A DNA stretch of 51,686 nucleotides. It comes from Anaerolineae bacterium (lineage in GTDB: Bacteria; Chloroflexota; Anaerolineae; JAAYZQ01). This document shows positions 32,910-41,146 of this stretch, in pieces. How positions within the stretch are numbered: the stretch's first letter is position 1; the number at the start of each line of letters is the position of its first letter. Both the position numbers and the translations under genes were made by a program. The DNA lies in the NCBI GenBank assembly GCA_050123055.1, contig JASFHU010000001.1, positions 1 to 51,686 on the forward strand, read 5' to 3'. The notes beneath the pieces were generated by a model. The model was not told where the DNA came from. It ran no database searches and saw only the letters and a list, made by a program, of their open reading frames with translations.

Positions 32910-33234
32910 GCCCTTCCGCTCCAGGCGATAGGGTCCTGTCAAAATCCTGAAACAGCCAGAAACGCTCGCGAGAGATCGCCAGATCTCGAGCTCGGGGCTG
33001 CAGCCGGGGGGCATCCTGCGACTCTGACAGGGCCCCCTGATCCTGTCGATCCTACCGGTGAAGGAGGACCTAGTGCACCGTGGCGCAAGTAGGCCATGGG
33101 TTCGTAGTGGCCGCCGACCAACGGTCGGACTCAGTCGCTTGGCTCGCTCAGAAACGACTGAAGTCGTTACTACAAACTACAGGCTCATTTGCGCCGCCCA
33201 GCACTAGTTTTCATCAACCACGTCAGCGAAACCC

Positions 33235-33263
33235 TTGACAAAACTGTCGATTTCGAGTATTAT
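33235..33263 (+). promoter_or_regulatory. Sigma-70-type promoter of the LysM/YkuD gene
   Basis: TTGACA (33235-33240), 17 nt, TATTAT (33258-33263). Confidence 0.7.
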
Positions 33264-33276
33264 GTCGTAAGTTCTC

Positions 33277-33328
33277 TATCTTCTCAATAAGTGAGGGCCC
33301 ATCTTTCCCCGATCTATTGAAAAGATAC
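33277..33328 (+). repeat. Copy 2 of the bipartite repeat, in the 5' UTR of the LysM/YkuD gene
   Basis: TATCTTCTCAATAAGTGAGGGC-ccatcttt-CCCCGATCTATTGAAAAGATAC. The outer 13 nt of the arms (TATCTTCTCAATA / TATTGAAAAGATA) are complementary at 12 of 13 positions. Confidence 0.75.
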
Positions 33329-33358
33329 TATGTTCTCAGAGTAAGAAGGAGATTCGCA

Positions 33359-34387
33359 GTGAATCTGTTGATCCGGCGTTTGCCGCTTGCTCTTATCAGC
33401 GCTGTTCTGGCTATGGCCCTGCTGGTGCCTCCAGTCTCTGCGCAGGGCCAGGCCCACGTTGTCCGGCGGGGTGAGACCCTGTACGCCATCGCTGCCCGCT
33501 ATGGCACCACGGTCCAGGCCATCTCGAGCGCCAACGGCTTGCGGAATCCAAGCTACATCTATGCCGGGCAGCGGTTGATCATTCCCAGGGGTAGGAGCAG
33601 CGGCGGCACCACGAGCGCCCCCGCCACAGCGACCGGCGGCGCCTATACCGTACGGCGGGGCGACACGCTCTGGTCCATCGCCACGCGCCACGGCACCACC
33701 ATCGCCGCCCTCCGGCAGGCAAATGGCTTGGGCTCCAACGTCATCTACACCGGGCAGCGCCTCGTCATCCCTGGTGGCAGTAGAGCAAGCAATCGGGCCG
33801 TGACCCAGGCAAGCGGTGGGGGGCAGGTTTATACGGTCCGGCGGGGTGATACCCTGTCCTCCATCGCCTACCGCTATGGTACGACCGCCTGGGCCATCAG
33901 CCAGGCCAACGGACTGGCCAACCCCAGCTATATCTACCCCGGCCAGCGGCTGCGCATTCCGTCCGGGGGAAACATCTCAGCGGCGCCAGCGCCAGCGATC
34001 AGAGTCGCTTCCAGGCGCATCCTCGTCGACCTCTCGGCCCAGCGGATGTACGTGTACCAGAATGGGCAACTGCTGTGGAACTGGGTGGTCTCTACCGGGC
34101 GGCCCGGCCAAGATACGGCGGTGGGCAAGTACAAAGTGCAGAACAAGATCCCCAATGCCTATGCCTACACCTGGAACCTGCAGATGCCCTATTGGCTGGG
34201 CATCTATTGGGCCGGGAGCCTTCAGAATGGCATCCACGCCCTGCCCATCCAGGCCAACGGCCAGCGGCTGTGGGCAGGCTACCTGGGGCAGCGTGTATCG
34301 TTTGGCTGTATCATCCTCAGCACGCAGAACGCCCAAACCCTATACAACTGGGCCACGGTGGGTACACCCGTCGACATTGTTTGGTAG
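33359..34387 (+). CDS. Secreted L,D-transpeptidase (YkuD domain) with three LysM repeats
   Basis: GTG start 7 nt after AAGGAG; the track begins at an upstream TTG at 33317. Signal peptide ...VPPVSAQG, three copies of Y.VRRGDTL..IA.RYGTT.....ANGL, then a YkuD core with the catalytic SFGCIIL. Confidence 0.9.
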   Translation: MNLLIRRLPLALISAVLAMALLVPPVSAQGQAHVVRRGETLYAIAARYGTTVQAISSANGLRNPSYIYAGQRLIIPRGRSSGGTTSAPATATGGAYTVRRGDTLWSIATRHGTTIAALRQANGLGSNVIYTGQRLVIPGGSRASNRAVTQASGGGQVYTVRRGDTLSSIAYRYGTTAWAISQANGLANPSYIYPGQRLRIPSGGNISAAPAPAIRVASRRILVDLSAQRMYVYQNGQLLWNWVVSTGRPGQDTAVGKYKVQNKIPNAYAYTWNLQMPYWLGIYWAGSLQNGIHALPIQANGQRLWAGYLGQRVSFGCIILSTQNAQTLYNWATVGTPVDIVW

Positions 34388-34410
34388 GCCCCCTGAAAGT
34401 GTGGTATACT
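34381..34410 (+). promoter_or_regulatory. Candidate extended -10 promoter of the MFS gene
   Basis: TTGGTA, 18 nt, TGgTATACT (TATACT at 34405-34410). Confidence 0.45.
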
Positions 34411-34503
34411 GCCTCCCTGTCTGGCCGGATCTTTAGATAGCCGGCTGCGACAGCATCCACCCGTGGCCGAACCGGGTTTTGCTGCCAGACAAGGAGAGGT
34501 ACC

Positions 34504-35694
34504 ATGCCCGCTGATGCTGCGGCGGCCGTTCAGGTCGCCGAAAGTGAACGATTCCAGACCGATCGCGTAGTCACCGTCTCTGCCGGGCACGCGGTCCACG
34601 ATACCTATACCGGCTTTCTATCTCCGCTCCTGCCCGCCTTTATTGCGAACATGTCCCTGTCCAAGACCCAGGCCGGACTACTGACGGTCTTTGTGCAGGC
34701 TCCCTCGCTTCTCCAGCCATTCATCGGCTATCTGGCCGACCGGGCCAGCCTGCGCTATGGGGTCATCCTGGCGCCCGCCGTTTCAGCCACGGTCATGAGC
34801 CTGCTGGGCGTGGCGCCGAGCTATGCTGTCCTGGCGCTGCTGCTGACGGTGGCCGGTCTCAGTTCGGCCACGTTGCACTCGGTCGGGCCGGTGATCGCCG
34901 GTCGTCTGTCGGGCAATCGCCTGGGCCGGGGCATGGGCATCTGGATGGTCGGCGGCGAGCTGGGCCGGACCCTGGGACCGTTGTTGATCGCTGTCTATTT
35001 CCGCTATTGGCCGGACGATCTGTCGCATACCCCCTGGCTGATGGTCGGCGGCTGGTTGACCTCGTTCCTTCTCTTTATCTGGCTCAGGGATATAGATGCA
35101 CAGCCCACGAACCTGGGTCCGGGGCTGCCCTGGCGGCAGGCGTTGCGCGCCATGGCGCCGCTGCTGGTGCCGCTAACGGGCATCCTCTTTGTGCGCGCCT
35201 TTATGTCGGCGGCGCTGACCACCTATCTGCCCACCTTTCTGGCTGAGGAAGGGGCCGAGCTCTGGCTGGCCGGCCTGGCGCTGGCGGCGCTGGAGGCAGC
35301 CGGGATAGTGGGCGCGCTGATGGGGGGCTCGTTGAGCGATCGCTGGGGCCGCCGCCTGATCCTGCTCGTATCGCTCGTGGCCACGCCGGCTCTCATGCTC
35401 CTGTTTCTAGTCGTGGATGACTGGCTGCGCTTTCCCCTGTTGCTGGCCCTGGGGCTGGCCGCGCTGTCCGTCACCCCGGTCATCATGGCCCTGGTGCAGG
35501 AGAGCTTTCCCGAGCACCGGGCCCTGGCCAACGGCGTCTATATGTCGATCAGCTTCTTGATCCGCTCGGGCGTAGTGATCGCCGTAGGTGCCATGGGCGA
35601 CCTGTGGGGCATGCGGACATCGTTCCTGGTCTGCGCCCTGATCACGCTGGGCGGCCTGCCCTTCCTGCTGTTTCTGCCCAAACGGGAACGATGA
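34504..35694 (+). CDS. MFS transporter
   Basis: 396 aa with about 12 hydrophobic helices. GRLSGNRLGRG and SDRWGRR loop motifs (MFS D-R-x-G-R-R type). AAGGAGAGG RBS. Confidence 0.85.
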   Translation: MPADAAAAVQVAESERFQTDRVVTVSAGHAVHDTYTGFLSPLLPAFIANMSLSKTQAGLLTVFVQAPSLLQPFIGYLADRASLRYGVILAPAVSATVMSLLGVAPSYAVLALLLTVAGLSSATLHSVGPVIAGRLSGNRLGRGMGIWMVGGELGRTLGPLLIAVYFRYWPDDLSHTPWLMVGGWLTSFLLFIWLRDIDAQPTNLGPGLPWRQALRAMAPLLVPLTGILFVRAFMSAALTTYLPTFLAEEGAELWLAGLALAALEAAGIVGALMGGSLSDRWGRRLILLVSLVATPALMLLFLVVDDWLRFPLLLALGLAALSVTPVIMALVQESFPEHRALANGVYMSISFLIRSGVVIAVGAMGDLWGMRTSFLVCALITLGGLPFLLFLPKRER

Positions 35695-35710
35695 CGTTTG
35701 CGTTCACTGT

Positions 35711-35739
35711 TTGGTTGACGGGATTGGGTGTGGTATAAT
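35711..35739 (+). promoter_or_regulatory. Extended -10 promoter of the dehydratase-like/EamA operon
   Basis: TTGGTT (35711-35716), 17 nt, TGgTATAAT (TATAAT at 35734-35739). Confidence 0.6.
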
Positions 35740-35780
35740 ACATGTTGTATAGGAATAGGCTCAAGGCTTCCTCGATAACG

Positions 35781-35823
35781 CCCAGACAAGTCTGGGACTC
35801 CGGACGCCCCAACTTGTTGGGGG
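35781..35823 (+). repeat. Member R2 of the palindromic intergenic repeat family (inside the dehydratase-like leader)
   Basis: CCCAGA-CAAG-TCTGGG-ACTCCGGAC-GCCCCAAC-TT-GTTGGGGC. Confidence 0.55.
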
Positions 35824-35830
35824 CATTTTC
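35806..35830 (+). terminator. Terminator-like hairpin inside the leader of the dehydratase-like gene
   Basis: GCCCCAAC-TT-GTTGGGGC followed by ATTTTCG, about 90 nt upstream of the ATG at 35922. Confidence 0.45.
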
Positions 35831-35921
35831 GTCCCTGGTGGGCCACGAACATATTGGCTGCCTTGAGCTATCGAGGACAAGCTGAGCCGATCCGAGCAAT
35901 CCACTCCTTTGAGGGTAAGGC

Positions 35922-37274
35922 ATGGCGCGCAAATTTCGCAAACTGGCCACTTCCAAAGACCTGACCCGCCTGATGACGCGCTACTATGCCACGCGCAAGG
36001 TGGTGGGCAAGCTACGCCCCCTGGCCTGGGTGACCAGCGGCGCGCCGGTCGAGATTCTAACCGGCATGGGCGTGGCCACGGTCTATCCGGAGAACTATGG
36101 CGCGCTGGTCGGCGCCCAGCGGGCGGCTGTGCCCCTGGCCCAGGTGGCCGAGGAGGTGGGCTACAGCCCCGATCTCTGCTCCTACGCCCGCTGCCACATC
36201 GGCTCGGTGATGGATCCCCGGAACGCACCTCAGGGCGGCTTGCCCAAGCCCGACCTGCTGGTGGCCAGTAACAACATCTGTGGCACGGTCATCAAGTGGT
36301 ACCAGGCCCTGGCCCAGGAGCTCGACGTGCCCTTTTTCCTCCTCGACGCTCCCTACCAGCACGAGCCTGGGTTGCCCGACCATACCGTCCAATATGTCGC
36401 CGCCCAGTTGGAGGAACTGATCGCCTGGGTCACCCAGCATACCGGTCGCAAACTGAAGAAAAAACAGTTTGCCGAGGTCCTGCAGCTCTCCAACCAGGCC
36501 GTGACCCTGTGGCGCGAGATCCGCGAGCTGTGCCAGGCCCGGCCTTCTCCCCTCAACGCGCCCGACCTCTTTCTGACCATGGCGCCCATCGTCGTCCTGC
36601 GCGGCACCAAGGATGCCGTGACCTTCTACCAGAAGCTCAAGGCCGAGGTGGAGGAGCGCGTGGCCCGCGGCGAAGGGGCGCTCATGGAGGAGCGCTATCG
36701 CCTCCTGTGGGACAATATCGCCATCTGGTACCGCCTCTTCCGGCTCTTCAACCTCTTTTCCAGTGATGGGGCCTGCTTTGTGGTCGACACCTACACCAAC
36801 GCCTGGTCGGTTTCAGTCGATACGGACGAGCCGATCTTGGGCCTGGCCCGCACCTACTCGACCGTCTATATCAACCAGAGCCTTCAGGCGCGCGCAGATA
36901 TGATGACCGGCATGGTGGAACGGTTCGCCGTGGACGGCATGGTCTTTCATTCCAATCGCTCCTGCAAGCCCTACTCGTTGGGACAGTACGAGCTCCTGGA
37001 GCAGGTGGGCCAGCGCACCGGCGTGCCGGGCCTGATCCTGGAAGCCGATATGTGCGACACACGGCTCTATGCCGACGAGCCGATCAAGAACCGTGTTCAG
37101 GCATTCCTCGACCTGCTGGAAGCTGCGCCTCCTGCAGGCAAGGTGCCTGGTACAGAGGCGGCGCCTCCTGCAGGCAAGGTGCCTGGTACGAAGGTGGCGC
37201 CTCCTGCAGGCAGGATGCCTGGTACGGAGGCAATGCCTCCGCCGGAGGCGGGACCCCCGCGGGAGGCGGGGTGA
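35922..37274 (+). CDS. 2-hydroxyacyl-CoA dehydratase / benzoyl-CoA reductase subunit family protein (HgdB/BcrB/double-cubane-cluster-like) with a repetitive Pro/Ala/Gly tail
   Basis: 450 aa. AWVTSGAPVEIL, YPENY, DLCSYARCHIG, NNICGTVIKWY and HSNRSCKPYSLG are family-typical Cys-containing blocks. The last ~45 residues are three copies of APPAGKVPGTEA-like repeats. Confidence 0.7.
   Translation: MARKFRKLATSKDLTRLMTRYYATRKVVGKLRPLAWVTSGAPVEILTGMGVATVYPENYGALVGAQRAAVPLAQVAEEVGYSPDLCSYARCHIGSVMDPRNAPQGGLPKPDLLVASNNICGTVIKWYQALAQELDVPFFLLDAPYQHEPGLPDHTVQYVAAQLEELIAWVTQHTGRKLKKKQFAEVLQLSNQAVTLWREIRELCQARPSPLNAPDLFLTMAPIVVLRGTKDAVTFYQKLKAEVEERVARGEGALMEERYRLLWDNIAIWYRLFRLFNLFSSDGACFVVDTYTNAWSVSVDTDEPILGLARTYSTVYINQSLQARADMMTGMVERFAVDGMVFHSNRSCKPYSLGQYELLEQVGQRTGVPGLILEADMCDTRLYADEPIKNRVQAFLDLLEAAPPAGKVPGTEAAPPAGKVPGTKVAPPAGRMPGTEAMPPPEAGPPREAG
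37125..37232 (+). repeat. Three tandem 36-bp repeats at the 3' end of the dehydratase-like gene
   Basis: GCGCCTCCTGCAGGCAAGGTGCCTGGTACAGAGGCG at 37125-37160, then near-identical units at 37161-37196 and 37197-37232. Confidence 0.85.
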
Positions 37275-38152
37275 GCGGTGAACTGCTTGGCCTGCTCAGC
37301 GCTCTCTGTTGGGCCCTGGGCAGCGTGCTGCTGGCCATAGGGGCCAAACGGATCCACGTCGTACCCTTGAACATGGTCCGCTGTATGTTCTCGGCCGCGC
37401 TCTTTTTGGTCCTGCTGCCCTTCTATGGCGGTCTCGAGGCCCTGGCGGCGATCCCGCCGTCCTCCTGGCTCTGGTTGGTGGTCTCGGTACTGGCCTTGTT
37501 GGTTGTGGGCGATACTTTGTACTTCCGTAGTATGGACCTGGCAGGGGTGTCGTGGGCCATGCCCGTGTCCAGCATCAATCCTCTCTGGGCGGTGATCCTC
37601 GCCTCGTTCTTTGTGGGCGAGCCGCTGAGCTGGCCCCTGGTTCTGGGAGCATTGCTGGTGGTTGTGGGTGTGGTCCTGGTCAGCCGGTCCAGCAGCCCGG
37701 CTGACCAGGGCCTGTCGGTTTCCCCATCCGCTCGCCGGACGGGGCTCCTGATGGCCTTGCTGGTGTCGGTGTTGTGGGCGATCGGACAGGTGTCTCTCAA
37801 GCCGGCGACCGAGGGTGTGCATTCCGTCGTGGCCAACAGTGTCCGCCAGCCGCTGGCCATGTTGATGTTGCTGGGACTCACCACGGTGCGGGGACAGTGG
37901 CATGAACTGAAGGGCCTGGACAGAAAGTCGTGGGCCATTATCATGGTCGCCAGCCTGCTCGGGACGGGGATCGGCACCCTCCTATTCATCATGGCCATCC
38001 AGACGATCGGCGCAGGGAAGAATGCTGTCCTGGCTTCTACCTCGCCCTTTCTGGCCCTGCCCTTTTCGATACTCTGGTTGCGCGAACGGCCAACGCGCTG
38101 GACGCTGGTCGGCACCGTGTTAACAACGACGGGGATCGTCCTGGTTGTGTAA
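37271..38152 (+). CDS. EamA/DMT family transporter
   Basis: Track ORF 37052..38152 is over-extended through the upstream repeat. The GTG at 37271 overlaps the upstream TGA (GTGA) and follows GGGAGG. It is 293 aa with 10 predicted helices and an LSALCWALGSV N-terminus. Confidence 0.8.
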   Translation: MSGELLGLLSALCWALGSVLLAIGAKRIHVVPLNMVRCMFSAALFLVLLPFYGGLEALAAIPPSSWLWLVVSVLALLVVGDTLYFRSMDLAGVSWAMPVSSINPLWAVILASFFVGEPLSWPLVLGALLVVVGVVLVSRSSSPADQGLSVSPSARRTGLLMALLVSVLWAIGQVSLKPATEGVHSVVANSVRQPLAMLMLLGLTTVRGQWHELKGLDRKSWAIIMVASLLGTGIGTLLFIMAIQTIGAGKNAVLASTSPFLALPFSILWLRERPTRWTLVGTVLTTTGIVLVV

Positions 38153-38171
38153 AGAGTTGGGGATGTGAGCC

Positions 38172-39902
38172 ATGACCTGGCCTCACCGCTGGATCATCGA
38201 CCTGTTCAATGCCCTTGCTGCCTGGTACTACCGGCGCAAGTATGGGGCAGCGGCCCGCCAACTGGGTCGTTCTACCCAGGAGGGAGAGGAGGGCCGGCGG
38301 GGCTTTGTCATCGTCGAGATCGACGGCCTGGCCTACGACTATTTGCGCCAGGCCTTGAGCGAAGGCTATATGCCCTACCTGGCCCGCCTGCTGACGGATC
38401 GCAAGTTGAGGCTGGCTCGCTGGCGGTGTGGTCTGCCCAGCACAACGCCCGCTTCCCAGGCGGGCATCCTCTATGGCAACAACTGGGACATTCCCGGCTT
38501 TCGCTGGTACGACAAGGCGACCGGCGAGTCGATCATGTGCAAGCTGCCCGGCGCAACACGGGCGGTCCAGAAGCGCATCGCTGCCGGACGGGCCGGCCTC
38601 CTACGGGGCGGATCCAGCTATACCAACATGTTCGACGGCGACGCGCGGCTGTCGCTCTTTACCCTCTCGGCATTGGGCCGGCACCGTCTGTTTGAGAACG
38701 TCCGCGGGATCGGTTTTTTGATCCTCTTTGGCCTGAGCCCCCTTCGCCTGATCCGGGTAGTCGCCCTGTCGTTGTGGTCGTGGCTGGTCTACGTGGTCAA
38801 GCGCTTTGCCACGTGGATCAGGGTGCGTCCCCGTGGCTCCCACTTTACCTTCTTTGGCCCCCTGCTAGAGATCTTCAATAACATCATCTTCCGAGAGGTC
38901 ACTACCTTTAGCGCGATGGTTGACATCTATCGCGGCATGCCGGCCATCTATGCGGCCTACACCGGCTACGACGAGATCGCTCACCATTTTGGGGCCAACA
39001 GTCCGGAGGCCCTCCGGGCGCTGCGCGGCATCGACAATCAGATCCGGCAGCTCGACCGGATGCGGCAGATCTATGGGCAGCGCGACTACGATCTATACGT
39101 CCTCTCGGACCACGGCATGACACCCTCGCTGCCCTTCCTGCGGGCATATGGACAGACCTTGCAGGAGTTCCTGGCCGACCATACGGGCCAGGAGGTCCAG
39201 ACCGGCGAAAGCTCCGGAGAGAGCGAGGGGCTGCCCGAAGCGCGTGTGCACTTTTTGCTGGAAGAGATCCGGGGCTTGGAGGACCGCCCCCGCAGCCCCC
39301 TATCGGCGCAGTTGTTGCGGGCCACCCGGCAGCGGTTGGAGGATCGCCTACTGGACGAGGCCCTTTCGGCCGGGTGGGACCTGCACCGCCGGAGCGACAT
39401 CGTCGTGCGCAATTCGGGCTCGCTATCGCACATCTACCTGAACGTGACCCCCCGTCCGATGGACCTCAGCGAGGTGGCACTTCTGTATCCTGCCCTGCTG
39501 GAGACGCTCATCGCCCACCCAGGCATCGGGTTGGTGGTGGGCCGGGATGGGGAGGACGTAGTCATCGCCGGTCGGGCCGGCACCCTCTGGATCGGTCCGA
39601 AGGAGGAGCGATTGGAAGGGGAGAACCCGCTGGAAGACCTTGCCGAGCCTGGCTGGGCCGCGGAGCAGGTGGCGCGGGTGGCGCGCTTTCCCCACGCCGG
39701 CGACCTCATCCTCCTGGGCACCTGGGATGGCAAGCAGGTGATCTGCTTTGAGGAGCAGGTGGCCTCCCACGGCGGGCTGGGCGGCCCGCAGGACTGGCCC
39801 TTCCTGGCTTTCCCGCCGGAGGAAAGGATACTGGCCAGAAGGATCGAGAATTCAGAAGAGGTCTACACGCGGTTGGTGGAGATATATGGCGAGTATGGCT
39901 GA
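38172..39902 (+). CDS. Alkaline phosphatase / nucleotide pyrophosphatase-phosphodiesterase superfamily protein
   Basis: 576 aa. VIVEIDGLAYDYL, LPSTTPASQAGILYG (nucleophile Thr region), YDEIAHHFG and LYVLSDHGM are metal-site blocks of the PF01663-type family. A hydrophobic stretch lies mid-protein. Confidence 0.7.
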   Translation: MTWPHRWIIDLFNALAAWYYRRKYGAAARQLGRSTQEGEEGRRGFVIVEIDGLAYDYLRQALSEGYMPYLARLLTDRKLRLARWRCGLPSTTPASQAGILYGNNWDIPGFRWYDKATGESIMCKLPGATRAVQKRIAAGRAGLLRGGSSYTNMFDGDARLSLFTLSALGRHRLFENVRGIGFLILFGLSPLRLIRVVALSLWSWLVYVVKRFATWIRVRPRGSHFTFFGPLLEIFNNIIFREVTTFSAMVDIYRGMPAIYAAYTGYDEIAHHFGANSPEALRALRGIDNQIRQLDRMRQIYGQRDYDLYVLSDHGMTPSLPFLRAYGQTLQEFLADHTGQEVQTGESSGESEGLPEARVHFLLEEIRGLEDRPRSPLSAQLLRATRQRLEDRLLDEALSAGWDLHRRSDIVVRNSGSLSHIYLNVTPRPMDLSEVALLYPALLETLIAHPGIGLVVGRDGEDVVIAGRAGTLWIGPKEERLEGENPLEDLAEPGWAAEQVARVARFPHAGDLILLGTWDGKQVICFEEQVASHGGLGGPQDWPFLAFPPEERILARRIENSEEVYTRLVEIYGEYG

Positions 39903-39940
39903 GGTTTGGCAAGAATGAGCAGTCTCGAACCGTTTCAGAC

Positions 39941-41146
39941 TCAAGACGCCAGCCACCCATCCCGCGCAAATAGTTCCCGGCTGCCCAGCCCCTTAACATC
40001 CAGCACCCGCCCGTTGGCAAAGTAGGCAAAGTCGAATTCGGTCAGATCCCCTGCTTGTGCTCCCGGGATCGGCATCAAGCGCGCCGTCAACGGCTTGTCC
40101 AGGCGCAGTGCCAGTGCCGCCACGTCCAGCAGGATGCCGGCCAATTCCTCCTCGCTCACATCGCCGGGCAGGGGCACCGTATCCAGCCCGGTGCCACACA
40201 CCGCCGAATAGAGCAGCAGGTCGTTCACCGTGAACAGCCCCTCCCGGCTGCGGGCGGCCAGCGTGGCGTCCTCCAAGACAGGCAGCATCAGGCCGTTGAA
40301 GCCACAGCGAGGATACCGGGCCTGGCGCAAGCAGTCGGTCAATAGCGCAGCGACGAACAGCGTCCCCGCTGCGCCAAAGCGATCCACCCCCAGCCGCTCC
40401 ACCGCCGCGCCGATGCTGCGCGCTTCTTCGGGAAAGGGGGCCAGCGAACAGTCGATCCCGGGAAAGCGGTGGTTCTTGCCCTCGGCCAGGGGGCCGACGA
40501 GGTCCGCGATCCGCCCGCCGGCCTCAGTGACGGCCGCGGTCAGTCGCGCCCGCGCCTCGTCCAGCGAGCCTGCTTGCTTGAAGGCGGCCACCGCCAGGTC
40601 CGCCGACTCGGTAGCGATGGCCAGGGCCGGCGCCCCACCATCGTGGTAGGCGGCCGGGAAAAAGGGCGAGTGCGGCCCCACGTTGGCCAGCACGGTCAGC
40701 CGCAGATTGCCAAAACCCAGTTCGCTGGTGTGGGCGATCTCGTGGACGATTGCCGCCGTCCGCCGGATGGCGTCCAGATGGTAGCCCTGGCCCTTGTCCG
40801 CCACGAGCACCCCGGCGAACACGGTCTCTGTCGCCCGGATCAGGTCGGGGATCGTTTCCAGGCGAGACAGGTCTGCCTGCGGGATGTCGGCCAGGACAGG
40901 GCCAAGTGATAGGTAGTCAAATCCAGCCACCGTGCTCTGGTCCCACAGTTCGGTGGCCAGTTGCAGCGGGTCGCCCGGCAGGTGGGAGAGTGGCTGCGTC
41001 GCCAATCGTCTGGTCTGCACCGGGAACCCCGCCTCCTCCAGGGCGTCCCCGGCCCGGCGGGCCAGTTCACCCGCCGCCCGAACCACGGGAGCTTGCGTCG
41101 CAGGATCGCCGGCATTGACGAAACAGGTCACCGAGCGAATGTTCAT
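39941..41146 (-). CDS. DUF711 (UPF0210) family protein
   Basis: 401 aa. MNIRSVTCFVN N-terminus and CGTGLDTVPLPGD near the C-terminus, as in UPF0210 proteins. ATGA overlap with the upstream TrmH gene. Confidence 0.7.
   Translation of the reverse strand: MNIRSVTCFVNAGDPATQAPVVRAAGELARRAGDALEEAGFPVQTRRLATQPLSHLPGDPLQLATELWDQSTVAGFDYLSLGPVLADIPQADLSRLETIPDLIRATETVFAGVLVADKGQGYHLDAIRRTAAIVHEIAHTSELGFGNLRLTVLANVGPHSPFFPAAYHDGGAPALAIATESADLAVAAFKQAGSLDEARARLTAAVTEAGGRIADLVGPLAEGKNHRFPGIDCSLAPFPEEARSIGAAVERLGVDRFGAAGTLFVAALLTDCLRQARYPRCGFNGLMLPVLEDATLAARSREGLFTVNDLLLYSAVCGTGLDTVPLPGDVSEEELAGILLDVAALALRLDKPLTARLMPIPGAQAGDLTEFDFAYFANGRVLDVKGLGSRELFARDGWLAS

Noticed and set aside
32862-33014. Longer version of the DUF4416 gene starting at 33014
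   Set aside because: The extra 51 residues (MPPGCSPELEIWRS...) are not family-like. A TTGACA-17-TATCAT promoter lies inside this stretch and a GGGGAGGG RBS serves the ATG at 32861.
32939-33121. 60-aa minus-strand ORF in the divergent intergenic region
   Set aside because: The translation is Gly/Pro/Ala/Ser-rich, there is no RBS, and it sits upstream of the mapped DUF4416 promoter.
33317-33358. TTG start at 33317 for the LysM/YkuD gene, as given in the ORF track
   Set aside because: It would add MKRYYVLRVRRRFA ahead of the signal peptide and has no RBS. The GTG at 33359 lies 7 nt after AAGGAG and begins a normal signal peptide.
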